The notes beneath the pieces are model-generated. The model did not search any database. It was given only the letters and a program-made list of their open reading frames with translations, and was not told the DNA's origin. From assembly GCF_020745735.1 (NCBI RefSeq), contig NC_083401.1, positions 144,085,740-144,149,739 of the forward strand: 64,000 bases of DNA. Direction: 5' to 3'. Below, piece by piece: positions 1-12,175 of the stretch. Origin of the DNA: Hemiscyllium ocellatum. Lineage: Eukaryota. The position numbers were made by a program, and so were the translations under genes. Position 1 is the stretch's first letter; each line of letters begins with the position of its first letter.

Positions 1-1224
1 TGGTTTCACTCTCCCACATTTCTTAAATAAAAATGTGACATAACAAATTGCCAATATAATGGTATGACATATTTATGGTAAGGAACATTGAAAGACTAAC
101 AAATAACACTCCTGCAATTTCCTCACTGGTTTCTTTGAATATCTTGGATCGAGAACATCAGGTTTATTATCTGAAATCACATTACTTTCTCCATTACTAT
201 TTTAAAAATCATGTATTACATGGAGTGAGTTCCTCCCCTTGGTTTATTTTTCTTTTGTTATTAATAAAAACTTGATGAATCTTTGTCAAAAAACTAGAGT
301 TTATATAGTATCAGAAAGCCTCCAACAAAGTTATTCCCAGCCAATTGAATACAACAGCAGAAGAAAATGGGAACTTGCATTTATGTTAAATTATAGAAAA
401 GCACTCAGTGCTCTTTCTAACATCTGCTCTTTCAGCTTCAGGATGAATGGGAGAATTGAACAGATCCTTTGCAGCATATTCTGTGCACAGTTTCAGATCT
501 GTTTCAAGAATAGCCCTTAAACAGGGAGTAAGGCTCCTCTTTTGGACACACAGATATTCATTTAAAATAGCCGAAACAGACAACTGGGTGTTAACTGAGA
601 TAATAGAGTCTGATATAATTCAATTAATTTTGAAGGCATTTGATGCACGGCCGCACAAAATTGCATCATTTCCCTGCTTTGTTCTCAAGAAATGGGTAAT
701 AAAAAGGAATGTTTGCATCCTTATTTATTCTGAGACTTTACAGGTAGCAAAAAATACTCATTCTACCTTCTAAATGACTGCTGAAGAAATGCGTTTCTTC
801 AAATGTCCTGAAGTGGGAATACAGTTCCTGAGTTCACAACTCAAAGATTCTGCAAATGGCCAAAAGTTCAGTGCAGTGACAGGTTCTTCTGACTTCTTAC
901 TGTCTGCTTATTTAATCCTCCTACCAATTACTTTAAACTATGCCCCTACCCACCCCAGTTTTTCTGCCTTAGCTAAAAAAAACATATTGCACCTACTTAC
1001 TCTCCCTATGATTTTACAGACCACAGTTAAGCCACCCCTCAGCCTGATATTTTGCCAGGAAATAAAAACAAGTTACTCAAAACAGTAAGGCATTAATTAG
1101 AGAGCTTCAGAGGGATCCCTGATAGGTCACTATCACTGAACCTTTTCCAAATGTTCTTTCCAGGAAACATTGGCGTATTGCTTGTAATGGAAACATGGAG
1201 TCCTGGAAATGATCAATGATGGTC

Positions 1225-1549
1225 GTTGGATGTAAAATACTTGGATTTTCAGCAAGCTTTTGACACAGGAGGCTGGTTGGCAAAATTAAAGCATGTGGAG
1301 TAGGAAATAATGCAGTGGCATGGATTAATGATTGGCTAACAGAGAGCAAACAGAGAGTAGGAATAAATGGGTGATTCTCACGCTGGCAGGCTGTGACTAA
1401 AGGGGTACCATGAGGATCAGTATCTGGGCCACAACTGTCCACTATATGTTGGAGATAGAGATAAATTTTAATATTCCAAATTTATGGAGAGTAAAATGCT
1501 AAGGGAAAATGTATTCTGTGAGGAAGATGCATAGCAGCTCCAAGAGGAT
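1225..1549 (+). mobile_element. Old CR1 LINE RT fragment (continues at 2637-3555)
   Basis: Decayed RT motifs: LDFQQAFD; WINDWL..KQRVGING; VT.GVP.GS..GP. Confidence 0.85.
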
Positions 1550-2636
1550 GGCCCAGTGGTGTCAATGCTGGACTGTTAATCCAGAGATCGAGGTAGCATT
1601 CTGGGGTTCAAATCCCATAGTGGAAAATAGAGTCAAGAGATGTACAGCATGGAAACAGACCCTTTGGTCCAAAATGTCCATGCTGATCAGATGTTCTAAC
1701 CTAATCTAATCCCTTTTGCCAGCATTTGGCCCATATCCCTCTAAACCCTTTCTATTAACATACCATCCAAATGCCTTTTAAATGTTGTAATTGTACCAGC
1801 CTCCACCACTTGCTCTGGCAGCTTATTTCATACATGCACCACCCTCTGTGTGAAAAAAATTGCCCCTTTAGTTCCTTTATATCTTTCCCTGTCATCCTAA
1901 ATCTATGCCCTCTAGTTCTGGATTCCCCCACCCCAGGAAAACGACCTTGTCTATTTATCCTACCCATGCCCTTCATGATTTTCTAAACTTCGATAAGGTC
2001 ACCCCTCAGCCCCTGATGCTCCAGGGAAAACAGCCCCAGCCTATTCTGTCTCTCCCTCTAGATCAAATCCTCCAACCCTGACAACGTGCTTGTAAATCTT
2101 GTCAGAACCCTTTCAAGTTTCACAAGATCCTTCTCATATTCCAAAAGTGGCCTAACCAACGTCCTGCACAGCCTCAACATGACCTCCTATCTCAATGCTG
2201 TGACCAATAAAGGATAGCCTTCTACCCGATCCTACCTATGAGTCTACTTTCAAGGAACTATGTACCTGTACGCCAAGGTCTCTTTGTTCAGCAACACTCC
2301 CTGGGACCTTACTATTAAGTGTATAAGTCCCACTCTGATTTGCTTTTCCAAAATGCAGCACCTCACATTTATCTAAATTAAACTCTATAATGATCTGGAT
2401 TTAAGAATCTAATGATGCCCATGAATCCGTTGTTGATCACTGAAAAAGCACATCTGGTTCACTAATGTCCTTTAGGGAAGGAAAGTCCTGTCCTTACCTA
2501 GTCTGGCCTATATGTGATTCCAGATCCATAGCAATGTGGTTAACTCTTCACTGCTCTATGGGCAATTAGGGATGGGCAATAAATGCTGGCCTAGCCAGCC
2601 ACGCCCTCATCCCATAAATGATTTTTTAAAAAAAAT
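1550..2636 (+). mobile_element. tRNA-headed SINE, split by a CR1 insertion (pieces about 1550-1626 and 2390-2636)
   Basis: A-box-like TGGCCCAGTGG and B-box GGTTCAAATCC. Body CTGGTTCACTAATGTCCTTTAGGGAAGG. 3' tail GGGCAATTAGGGATGGGCAATAAATGCTGGCC followed by an A-run. Confidence 0.75.
1627..2388 (-). mobile_element. CR1 LINE 3' fragment
   Basis: ORF 1755..1976 (-) gives the CR1 RT C-terminus (MKGMGRINRQGRFPGVGESRTRGHRF). Closely similar to 20311-21120. Confidence 0.92.
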
Positions 2637-3556
2637 TGGACATCCTTGGTGAGTGAGCAAGGACATGGCAGATGAAATATTATGTGGTACAAGGTGATGT
2701 TATCCACTTTGGGAAACATGTTAGAAAGTAGAGATGTATATGAGAGTGCCTGTCATTAAGTTTCTGCAGGCTAACATACAGGTAGAGCAAGCTATTAGGA
2801 AAGGAAATGGAACAATAGGCTTTATCACATGAGGATTCAAGTTCAGGAGAAGTGGAGTTGTGCTTCAGTTGTGTCAGAGCTTGGTTCAACCTCACCAACA
2901 CAGTGTTAGTCTCCTTACCTTCAGAGGTAATATACCTCTTTTAGGAAAGGTACCATGGTCATAAGAGGGAGTGCAATGACAGTTCACCAGACTTATTCCT
3001 AGGATAGTGTCACTGCCCTATGTTGGGAGATTGGGGTAGACGGACCTATATTTTCTAGAGTTTTGAAGCATTATCTAGTTTAAGATAACAATATGAATCA
3101 AAAGGTATCTAAAAAGAAATGACTTTTTTTGGTAAGGGAATACAGCTCAAATGACCACAATCTTGAAAATGTGCCATTTTGGAGTAAAAATCAGGAAGCA
3201 CTTTTTCCAAATAAAAGGAGGTATCTGGACCTCTTTCCCTTACTAGGTACTTAGTGCTAGGTCAATGGAAACTTTCATGATGTGGTTGATCTCATTGAAG
3301 ACAACAAAATATTTCAATGGATAGAATGGCCCGATGCAAGATGTTTTCCCCTGTTTGGGGAGTCTAGAACTAAGGTGCACAATTTTAAAAATGAGGAGGA
3401 TGCCACTTAGGACCGAGATGTAGATATTGACAAATTGCTAAATACAAACATATAAAGCGATATGAGGGTAGTGGGGGACATAGGCGATTGGCCATGGTCA
3501 CAGTGAATGACAATACTTGATGGGCCGAGTAGCCTACTTCTGTTCCTATGTTCCTA
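2637..3556 (+). mobile_element. Old CR1 LINE 3' region (decayed, possibly two pieces)
   Basis: WQMKY..(K)CDVIHFG-like segment, RTKVHNFK-like segment, and a 3' end GGGCCGAGTAGCCTACTTCTGTTCCTATGTTCCTA. Confidence 0.75.
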
Positions 3557-4637
3557 CATTATCCTTTCTGTTATTGCAAGAAATTCCAGACCATAATCTC
3601 CTATCTCTACTGCACTTTTTATCACAAAGCTATCGAGGAAATCAATTTTTTAAATTAACTAGTATTTTTTTCCCAGTAAGGAAAATCAAATTTGACCTCC
3701 AGAGGATTTCTTTGTTGTGCTCTGGTAAACTTTAAAGTACAAAACCTCAGCAGTGAGTGTAGGAGGAAGAAACAGACCCCTAAACATCCACTGGATCCAG
3801 ACTTCAGAGAAATAAGCTACTTATTGTCACTTCATAATCACATTTACATGGGAGCCCATTCTACAGGGTGGGATAAACAGTAACAGTTTTCAATTCACGC
3901 AAATCTGTCTGCAAATCTCATGAATACGTTGTACTTCTTTTTCATGTTAGGTACATTGAAAACTTCTCCTCAATCAAAAATCTGAACAACTAATAGCAAA
4001 TTACAAATGAGTTCCACATCTCACCAGGAGCCTCGGATTCCTTTCTTTCAGCCCCACACCACCCTCTTCTCTGGTTCATCTCCTGACAATTAATATCCAG
4101 GCTGTTTCATTTCCTCACTCAGCAGATGCTTATATTATCCTAACAGATTATCAATTCCAGCTTTGTTTATTCTTCCTATAGTCTCTGGGGTAGACTTGCA
4201 ATCACTGCGTGCTTCAAACGCTTCAAATACACAGAAATCCCTGAGTGATGTGATCATCAACAGTGCTCCTGTTATGGTATATTGGACAGATTTTAAATAA
4301 CATGCAGTGGAAACCGTTCTGTAATGAACCAAGGGATGCAAACCAGACATTCTTTAGAGAAACACGGCACAAAAAGTCAGAGAAGTGGATTTGGGTGTCG
4401 AATTGCTCTGTCGGACCCTCTAGACTAACATCTTTTACCATTTATTTGCACTTAGAAACAAGGCTACTGTCTGAAATTAGGAGTAGCAACTGTGCCCAGA
4501 ATCTAGGAGATAATTCTAGGGCTCGCCTAGTGCTGACATCCGGGATGTTTTCATGGAGTTGGGGAGAGTCTTTGTTGGCGGGAGTCAATCCCAGGATTCC
4601 AGATGCTTCCAATTTTCACCTGTGTGGATAAGGATGT

Positions 4638-4762
4638 AGATGTGAAGATGGAAAAGCACAGCAGGTCGGACAGCATCCTTGGATGTTGTCTGACCTGGGG
4701 TTCTTTTCCAGCTTCACATCTATTGGTTCTGGCTTCCAACACTTGCAGTCCTTACTGCCTCC
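4638..4762. mobile_element. PLE-terminus fold-back remnant (ribozyme part absent)
   Basis: AGATGTGAAGATGGAAAAGCACAGCAGGTCGGACAGCATCC-TT-GGATGTTGTCTGACCTG..CTTTTCCAGCTTCACATCT is a hairpin of about 41 bp. The right arm extends about 40 nt further (..TGCAGTCCTTACT). Confidence 0.75.
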
Positions 4763-5047
4763 AAGTCACTGGATTAGGCTAGTGTAGGTAGTTATCCACA
4801 CCCAGCATTCCCAATCCAGATGGTTCCACCTCATGGGTTAGTCATCTTCACACTTTTCATGGAGTTCGGCTGGGGTTTCAAGATTTAAAGGGTTGTTGCA
4901 CCTCTGAGGGGCTGTGAACCAAAGACTGTATAAGGGAACCTATTAAAAGGTAAATTTGAAAGAGCTTACCATCGCCAAGTCTCCCCCCCTTCTCCCATGT
5001 CAACTGCTGTCAACGTGTGTGGGCAAAGGGAGATAGGTTGGCATAGA

Positions 5048-5122
5048 GTGTGTGTGTGTGTGTGTGTATGTGTGTGTGAGAGTGAGTGTGAGTGTGTGTA
5101 GGGTATAGGCATGTCTGTGTTT

Positions 5123-5179
<57 letters not shown>

Positions 5180-5535
5180 ATATAGGGTGGGTGTGTGTTT
5201 GTGTGTAGGATCTGTTTATGTGAGAGTGCGTGTGTGTATATAGGGTGTGTGTGTATGCAGGGTGTGTGTGTGTAAGGTGTGTTTGCATGTGTGTAGGATA
5301 TGTGTTTGCATGTATGGGTGTGTAGGGTGTGTGTGTGTTGTGTGTGTGTAGAGTGTGTGTGTGTAGGGGGTGTGTGTATGCAGGGTGCGTGTGTATGCAG
5401 GGTGCATGTCTGTGTCTGTGTGTATGTAGCGTGTGTGTATGTGTGTGTAGTGTGTGCGTGTGTGTGTGTGTAGGGTGTGTTTGTACGGTGTGTGTGTGTG
5501 TAGGGGTGTGTTTATATAGGACGTGCGAGTGTGTT
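5048..5535. repeat. (TG)n microsatellite and TG-rich degenerate array
   Basis: Pure TG runs (e.g. about 5126-5177) and repeated TAGGGTGTGTG units. Confidence 0.97.
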
Positions 5536-5584
5536 GAGAGGGGAATAACAGAGCATGAAGATGGGGACCAGTGGACCAAATATT

Positions 5585-6432
5585 TAAAACAAAAACAGAA
5601 ATTGCTGGGGAAACTGAGCAGGGCTGGAAGTATCTATGAAGAGAAAACAGAAGCAATGTTTTAAATTCAATGATGCTTAAGAAGTAGAAGCAGCAAAGAA
5701 AAAAATGTTTTTGATGCTGTTGACAGGATAGGTGGAGGGGGCAAAAGAGTGGGCAAATTTGTGGAGAGAAAGCCCAAAGAGAAAGACAGAAAGGGATAGG
5801 CATGATTGTTGATACTGAGCCAGGGAAGAAGAGCAGCTCAATAGATGGTAAAAGGGACTACAAGAGGTTGAAAGTGGGTTGGCTGTGCTGAAAGTGATGA
5901 GGAGATAGTGAGGTGTGCAGGTGCTGGAGAAGTCAGTCAATAAAGTATGATGTTGGAAAAAGCACAGCAGGTTGGCAGCATCCAAGAAGCAGGAGTTGGC
6001 ATTAACCCTTCATCACATATTTTGTGAGAGGTCCTGAGGCTGTGGGATTAGGTACAGGTCGGCCCTACTATCTGAAAGTAGACCATTCCCAGGAAGTCTT
6101 TCGTAAGCTGAAAATGTGTAAAGCAAAGGTGCATGATTTATATGGGAAAAAGTATCACCATTTTTTGTAAAAGTGAAACTCCTCTTCCAATTTGTGAAAA
6201 CAGGTACTAATGTAGGTCTTTCTTTAAAAACAAAATTACGTAAAGCAAAAGTTCAAAAAATGGGGGATACCTGTAATAGACAAAGAAGGGGATGTTCATG
6301 TTCTGAAATGGTGAAACTCAACATTGAGTCCTGGATGCTGTAAGGTACCTAGGTGGAAGATGAGGTGATGTTCTTCAGCTTGTGTTGAGCATCTCTGGAG
6401 CCTTTCAGTACACCTGAGGCAGACATGTTCAG
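5585..6432 (-). mobile_element. Decayed PLE fragment(s): terminus, purine-rich UTR and endonuclease C-terminus
   Basis: AAACAGAAATTGCTGG..AAACTGAGCAGG terminus at 5590. A second terminus at about 5920-6015. 6320-6430 is the reverse complement of the 'EEHHLIFHLGTLQHPGLNVEF' tail. Confidence 0.65.
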
Positions 6433-6528
6433 CCACTTACCATATTCAGCATTTTCTTTTTCTCATAATAGGAACCTTCTGATGAACATTGTACCTCGCT
6501 ATCAGTCTTATGTATTTTCAAAGTATTG

Positions 6529-6690
6529 TCAGAAACAACAGCAGAAATTGCTGGAAAAGCTCAAAATTCCAAGGAAGGGTACTGGACCCGAAATGTTAAC
6601 TCTGATTTCACTCCACTGATGCTGCCAGACCTGCTGAGCTTTTCCAGCAATTTCTGTTTTTTTGTTTCTGATTTCCAGTTCTTCAGTTTT
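6529..6690. mobile_element. PLE-terminus fold-back with decayed hammerhead motif
   Basis: CAGAAATTGCTGGAAAAGCTCA pairs with TGAGCTTTTCCAGCAATTTCTG. Internal GGAAGGGTACTGGACCCGAAATGTTAAC has stem II and GAAA, with the CTGA box mutated. Confidence 0.75.
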
Positions 6691-6934
6691 TACAAAGAAA
6701 TAGCAGTCCTGGCTACAGTGTATAACCTGTAGAATTATCTTTAATTCTCGCAACACAGATGCTGCTAACCAAATTAATATTTCCAGAATTTTTTGTTTAA
6801 TTATAAAAAATCATGAGATTATAGACAACACAGTATGTAAACAGTTGAAGAGATTGTTTTGCTTTTGATATTTAGATGTAGGTGGTTGATGTTGGCAATA
6901 AGGGGTATAGTTTGTCACGGACATGACTGATGTT

Positions 6935-7581
6935 AGCATCCGTTATTGTATCCGTTGCTCCCATGTGGTCTCTTCTACACTGGGGAGACTGGATGCCTTC
7001 TTGCAGAGCGCTTTAGAGAACATTTCTGGGCCACACGCACTAATCAACCACACCGCCCTGTGGCCCAACATTTCAACTCCCCCTCCCACTCTGCCAAGGA
7101 CATGGAGGCCCTGGGCCTCCTTCACCGCCGCTCACTCACCACCCGACGCTTGGAGGAAGAACGCCTCATCTTCCGCCTCGGAACACTTCAACCCCAGGGC
7201 ATCAATGTGGACTCACCAGTTTCCTCATTTCCCCTTTCCCCACCTCACCCCAGTTCCAAACTTCCAGCTCAGCACTGTCCCCATGACTTGTCCTACCTAC
7301 CTATCTTCCTTTCCACCTATCCACTCCACCCTCCTCCCTGACCTATCACCTTCATCCCCACCCCCACTCATCTATTGTACTCTATGCTACTTTCTCCCCA
7401 CCCCCACCGTCCTCTCATTTATCTCTCCACCTTCAGGCTCTCTGCCTGTATTCCTGATGAAGGGTTTTTGCCTGAAATGTCGATTTTCCTGCTCCTCGGA
7501 TGCTGCCTGAACTGCTGTGCTTTTCCAGCACCACTCTAATCCAGAATCTGGTTTCCAGCATCTGCAGTCATTGTTTTTACC
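6935..7581 (+). mobile_element. Penelope-like element 3' fragment (GIY-YIG endonuclease and pLTR)
   Basis: IRYCIRC / CGLFYTGETGCLLAERFREH..VAQHFNSPSH..RRLEEERLIFRLGTLQPQGIN across one frameshift. Pyrimidine-rich UTR and hammerhead motif follow. Confidence 0.92.
7450..7485 (+). ncRNA. Minimal hammerhead ribozyme motif (PLE family A)
   Basis: ATTC-CTGATGA-AGGGT-TTTT-GCCT-GAAA-T-GTC-GATT: both catalytic boxes and a GUC triplet are present. Activity is untested. Confidence 0.75.
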
Positions 7582-7659
7582 ACCCTGGTGTTGTCTGGAG
7601 ATAAGGCAGTAAGTGTTATATTCCAAGCAATGTTATTTATATATATCCATTAAAATATA

Positions 7660-8060
7660 CGTGTCACGTAACAGTGTCGATACCAATACCTGCTTACTAC
7701 AAAAACAATACCACCAATACTTGCAATAAAACTGCAACAACAATATCAAAAAGGTAACACCACTAATACTGTGACATAAAAATACTTGGTAACTTTAACG
7801 TAACATAAACCTGCTATCTGTAACATAGCAACCCTGATACCTGTGATGCAGCAACACAATTTATCTTTAGCACTACATAAATATCTGCAAGATAACAACA
7901 ATATCTGTAAGATAACAGCAACACTTACATTTATAATTTAAAACCAAACTCTCTGTAAAATCAATACTAGTAAGATAACATCTCCAGTACAAATACAGTA
8001 TCTGTAATATTACAACACCAGTGTCTGTAATATAGCAAAAATACCAAGAAAAAGTGTAAT
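7660..8060. repeat. Degenerate AT-rich minisatellite (unit about 20-24 bp)
   Basis: Recurrent AATATCTGTAAGATAACAAC / AATACCTG / ATCTGTAA units. Confidence 0.7.
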
Positions 8061-8066
8061 ATGTTA

Positions 8067-8475
8067 GCTGTAGCTCAGTTGGGTAACACACTCCCTCTGA
8101 TTAACATGGTTCTGAGTTTAGGTCCCACTGCAAGAGTATGCACAAAAAACAAGGCTGAGAGTCCAGCAGAGCCTTGAGGATGTGCTGTGCTCTAGGAGGG
8201 GGGCATTTTGAATGTAAAATTAGACTGAGACCCAATCAACCTGTTGCAAGAGATTCCATGACACTATTTTAGAGTTGGTGAGATTTTCCTACTCAGTATT
8301 TATTCCTTCATCAACATCACAAACCAGATTATCTGGACATTACCGCATTCCTGTTTGTTGAGTGCAATTTAATGGCAGCACTTCCTACGTTACAAGTATG
8401 ACTGAATGTACTTCACTGGCTATAACGTATTTTGAGATGGCTAGGAATGTGCTACATAATGCAGGCTATTCTTTT
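8067..8475 (+). mobile_element. Deu-domain-type SINE (SacSINE1/AmnSINE-like), decayed
   Basis: tRNA-like head TAGCTCAGTTGG..GTCCCACT. Body TATTTATTCCTTCATCAACATCAC..CAGATTATCTGG. L2-like tail GTACTTCACTGGCT..ATGCAGG. Confidence 0.7.
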
Positions 8476-8743
8476 ATACTTGCAATATTTCAATAGCATC
8501 ACCAATATCCAGGATTTAATACATAATTCTGTAATAAAAGTACAGATATGTTAATCCAACTGGGTTTTCCAATATTATATATCACAAAATAAATTACAAA
8601 CATATTTGATGGAGATCTGTGACATCACTAACACTGATTCTTTGCACAAACTTCCAAAGTTTATTATTCTGAATTTCAATTTTTGTGTTTGTCTGTCAAA
8701 TTACTTTGAGTGTTTTAATGGTAAGCTTGGAAAATGTTGAGAT

Positions 8744-8761
8744 TTGCTGCCCTCTAGTGAT
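8744..8761 (-). promoter_or_regulatory. Candidate CTCF site
   Basis: Minus strand TCACTAGAGGGCAGCA, one mismatch to the CCACTAGAGGGCAGC core, in apparently unique sequence. Confidence 0.5.
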
Positions 8762-8825
8762 TTTGATTGCCAGATCTCTTTGGGCAGTTCATCTCATAGT
8801 CAAAAATTGTTTTTTTAGGATAGAA

Positions 8826-9146
8826 AAATAGAGTCCCTACAGTGCAGAAAGAGACCATCGAGTCTGCACTGACTCTCTGAGGAACATCCTACACCAGACC
8901 TCGTCTCTGAACCTATCCCTGTAACTCCACTTTCACTGTGGCTAATCCACCTAACGTACACATCCCTAGACACTAGGAGCAATTTAGTATTACTGCCTAA
9001 CCTGCAAATATTTGGACTAGATGAGGAAACTGCAGCACCCAGAGGAAGCCCTTGCAGACATGGGTGGATATGCAAATTTCTCGCCTGAGACTGGAATCAA
9101 ACCTGTGTATCTGGTGCTGTGAGGCAGCAGTGCTAACCACGTGCCT
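8826..9146 (-). mobile_element. HE1-type V-SINE
   Basis: Reverse complement of GTGGTTAGCACTGCTGCCTCACAGCACCAG head, V domain and CR1-like tail. Confidence 0.9.
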
Positions 9147-10080
9147 TACGACCACAACGTGACAGTATCCAAATTGAGGCAAGCTGATCCTTGGCTTGCA
9201 ATTCCAAATGTTCTAGTGGCTTACAGTATAACCGGTGATTGTTGAGTCTAGTGTCTGCTGATGGTGTTGTGGAGCTTGTTCAGCCTGCCATCTCTACCTT
9301 CATTAATCTGGGGCCGGAGGGAAATGAAGCCATTCTGCTTAACATCAACAGAATTTGCGCCGATTTTAACATTTAGCTCATTTAGTTTCACTTCCCTTTC
9401 CAATGATCACAATTCATATTGAACAAGCTGCCAACAGGCCAGTTCTGAACCTGTTAAACATTACCTAATTTGTCGTGTCTGCAGTACAATTCACAGGTGA
9501 TGCTGAAAGGAAGCCAAAAGTAGTCATGTTAACACAAACTACAAAGGGGGAAATTCTGTGGCCCAGTGTCTGTCACTGAGACTCAAAGCAAAGATCTAAA
9601 CATCCAGCCTCGCGAGTGGAGTGCACCACTTGTTATCAGAATAGAAAAATGAGAACAGCCATTTCCTTATATACGCAGGCTGTTGAAATCTTAATCGATT
9701 CCTCACGCACTAAATCGATTTGTCCTGCATTCAAAGCACATGAAGCTGGTCCTGTTCAGAAAAGTCAGTTTTTTTAAAAAGAGGAACCAATACAGTCTGC
9801 ATGGGTTCTGAAAATTACTTCTCTGAATGTGGAGTTGGGCGACAGAAGAATGATGTCCTGTTTTTACGTTAAAATTAAAGATTTCAGCTTGACGCCAATA
9901 CCCCACTCACAACAGACTGTTGTGTAGCTGCTAAGCAACTTGAAATTTGTCTCAAAGGCGGCACAAAATGGGTCACTTTATTCGCATATGGCTTTCCAAA
10001 ACAATTAAGCATGTCCTTAAATGAATTGAGCACACGCTGTAAACATCCATACCCTCCAGCACAAATATTCAGTAGTAGCA

Positions 10081-10370
10081 GTGCGTGCTGTCTTCAAGGT
10101 GCACTGCAGAAATTCACCAAAGCTCCTTAGTTAGCACCTTCTGAACACAGAACTCTCTAGAGGAACAAGGGCAGGAAGATACATCAGAACACCACAGGCT
10201 CCCCTACACGTCACTCGCCATCCTTACTTGGAAATATATCTTCACTTTTACTGAGTCAAAATCATGGAATTCCCTCCCTAACTGCATTGTGGGTCAACCC
10301 ACAGCACATGGACTGCAGCAGTTCAAGAAAGCAGCTCACTACTACCTTCTCTAGGGCGATTAGGGACAGG
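10081..10370 (+). mobile_element. LINE 3' end (CR1/L2 group; tail shared with the SINE at 1550-2636)
   Basis: GGAATTCCCTCCCTAAC..GGACTGCAGCAGTTCAAGAAAGCAGCTCAC..GGGCGATTAGGGA. Confidence 0.75.
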
Positions 10371-10747
10371 TACATTGTAACCCTCACTTACATGCCTGAG
10401 TGACTGTCTCAGTTGCTGTTTCTGTACCAAGACCTCCCTGAGTGTCACTGCTAGTAACTCTATGCCCTCTAAGATTAGATATCAAAGACTGGGAGCTGCC
10501 TGGATTAGATTTTCCAATCCATGCGTCACTCTAAGCATTTTCCTTCGAGACTACCCAAACTGGATTGAAATGGCAGTGGGGTCCTTGGGGATCCTTATAT
10601 TCTGTAGCTATAACTTTGGCAGAATCATAGTGTTTCCACTGAACCTTTCCGTGGTAACAATAATTTGGAAGTACCGGTGTTGGACTGGAGTGTACTAAGT
10701 TAAAAGTCACACAACACCAGGTTATAGTCCAACAGATTTATTTGGAA

Positions 10748-10784
10748 GCACTAGTTTTCGGAGTACTGCTCCTTCATCAGGTGG
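10748..10784 (-). ncRNA. Minimal hammerhead ribozyme motif (PLE family B)
   Basis: Minus strand CCAC-CTGATGA-AGGAG-CAGTA-CTCC-GAAA-A-CTA-GTG. Stem I is CAC/GTG and stem II is GGAG/CTCC. Confidence 0.75.
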
Positions 10785-11686
10785 TTGTGGAGTATAAGAT
10801 CGTAGGGCACAGAATTTATAGCAAAAGTTTACAGTGAGGTATAACTGAAATTATATATTGAAAAAGAGCTGAAGTGTTTGTTAAGTCGCTCATCTTTTAG
10901 AATTGGCATGTTGGTTTCTGTTCTTTCATATGTAAATTCCAGGACTTTCTTAAAGTTACATTCACAAGTGAACTTCAACAATAGGTACCATGTTAGCCCA
11001 GATAATGCATTGAAGGTGTGAGGTGCCCTGTGTCAGGCTGTCTGTGCATCAATATTCAGACAGATTCTAATCTAAAAAAGGGATTTACAGAATCTTAAAT
11101 GGATTCGTGCAGTTTTTGAATAAAATAAAATATAATTGTGCAAATACAAATTCACTCACAAACTTGCATGTGTGTGAGTGTGTGTGCGCGGGGGGTATGA
11201 GTGTCTGTGATAGAGTGTATGTATGTGTATGTACATGAGTGTGAGTGTAAAGAGGTATAAGTCTGTGAGAGGGTGTGTGAGCGTGGATGTTATGTGTGAG
11301 CATATGAGAGATAGCTTATGTATGAGAGAGGGTCTGTGTGAGTGTATGGGTCTGGAAGAATGTGTGTGTGTGTGTCTGTGTGTGTGTGCGCACATAGTGC
11401 AGTGGGTTCACAGTACAGGTGACCCCACTGCGCTCTACATACACACACATATGCACACATAGACTCTCTCTCATCTCATACACAAGCTGTCTCTCATACG
11501 CTCACACATACACTCCCACATTCAAACATGCACCATCACAGACTTATACCCCCTTACACTTACTCTCACACATATACACATACACACACTCTCACACAGA
11601 CACTCATACCCCCCGTCCACACACACACTCACATGCACACACACACATAAGTTTGCGTGTAGATCCCTTTTATAGATTGGAATCAG

Positions 11687-11893
11687 AGATGAAAAATGTG
11701 TTGCTGGAAAAGTGCAGCAAGTCAGGCAGCATCAAAGGAGCAGGAGAATCGATGTTTCAGGCATAAGCCCTGATTCCTGAAGAAGAACGTTGATTCTCCT
11801 GCTCCTTTGATGCTGCTTGACTTGCTACGCTTTTCCAGAAACACATTTTTCAGCTCTGATCTTCAGTATCTGCAATCCTCACTTTCTCCTAGT
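11687..11893. mobile_element. Family A PLE fold-back nested inside the family B fold-back
   Basis: Inverted arms AAAATGTGTTGCTGGAAAAG.. / ..CTTTTCCAGAAACACATTTT. Flanked by direct repeat TAGATTGGAATCAG (11673-11686 and 11894-11907). Confidence 0.88.
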
Positions 11894-12175
11894 TAGATTG
11901 GAATCAGTCTGAACATTGAGGCACAAACAGCCTCACACAGGCACGTCACACCTTCAAAGCATTATCTGGGCCAACACTGCACCTATTGTTAAAGTTCACT
12001 TGAGAATGTAACTTCAAGAAATTTCTTGAATTTACAGGTGATAAAACTGAAACCAACATGTCCATTCTAAAAGATGAGAGACTTAACATACACTCCAGCT
12101 CGTTTTCAATATATAATTTCAGTTACATCCCACTGTAAACGTTTGCTATAACTTCTGTGTCCTGCAATCTCACAG

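Noticed and set aside
4182-4300. Possible + strand exon (SGVDLQSLRASNAS..)
   Set aside because: Weak donor, no partner exons found and no recognised protein.
5178-5803. His/Thr- and Cys/Val-rich ORFs (also 11085-11766)
   Set aside because: They are translations of TG/CA microsatellites.
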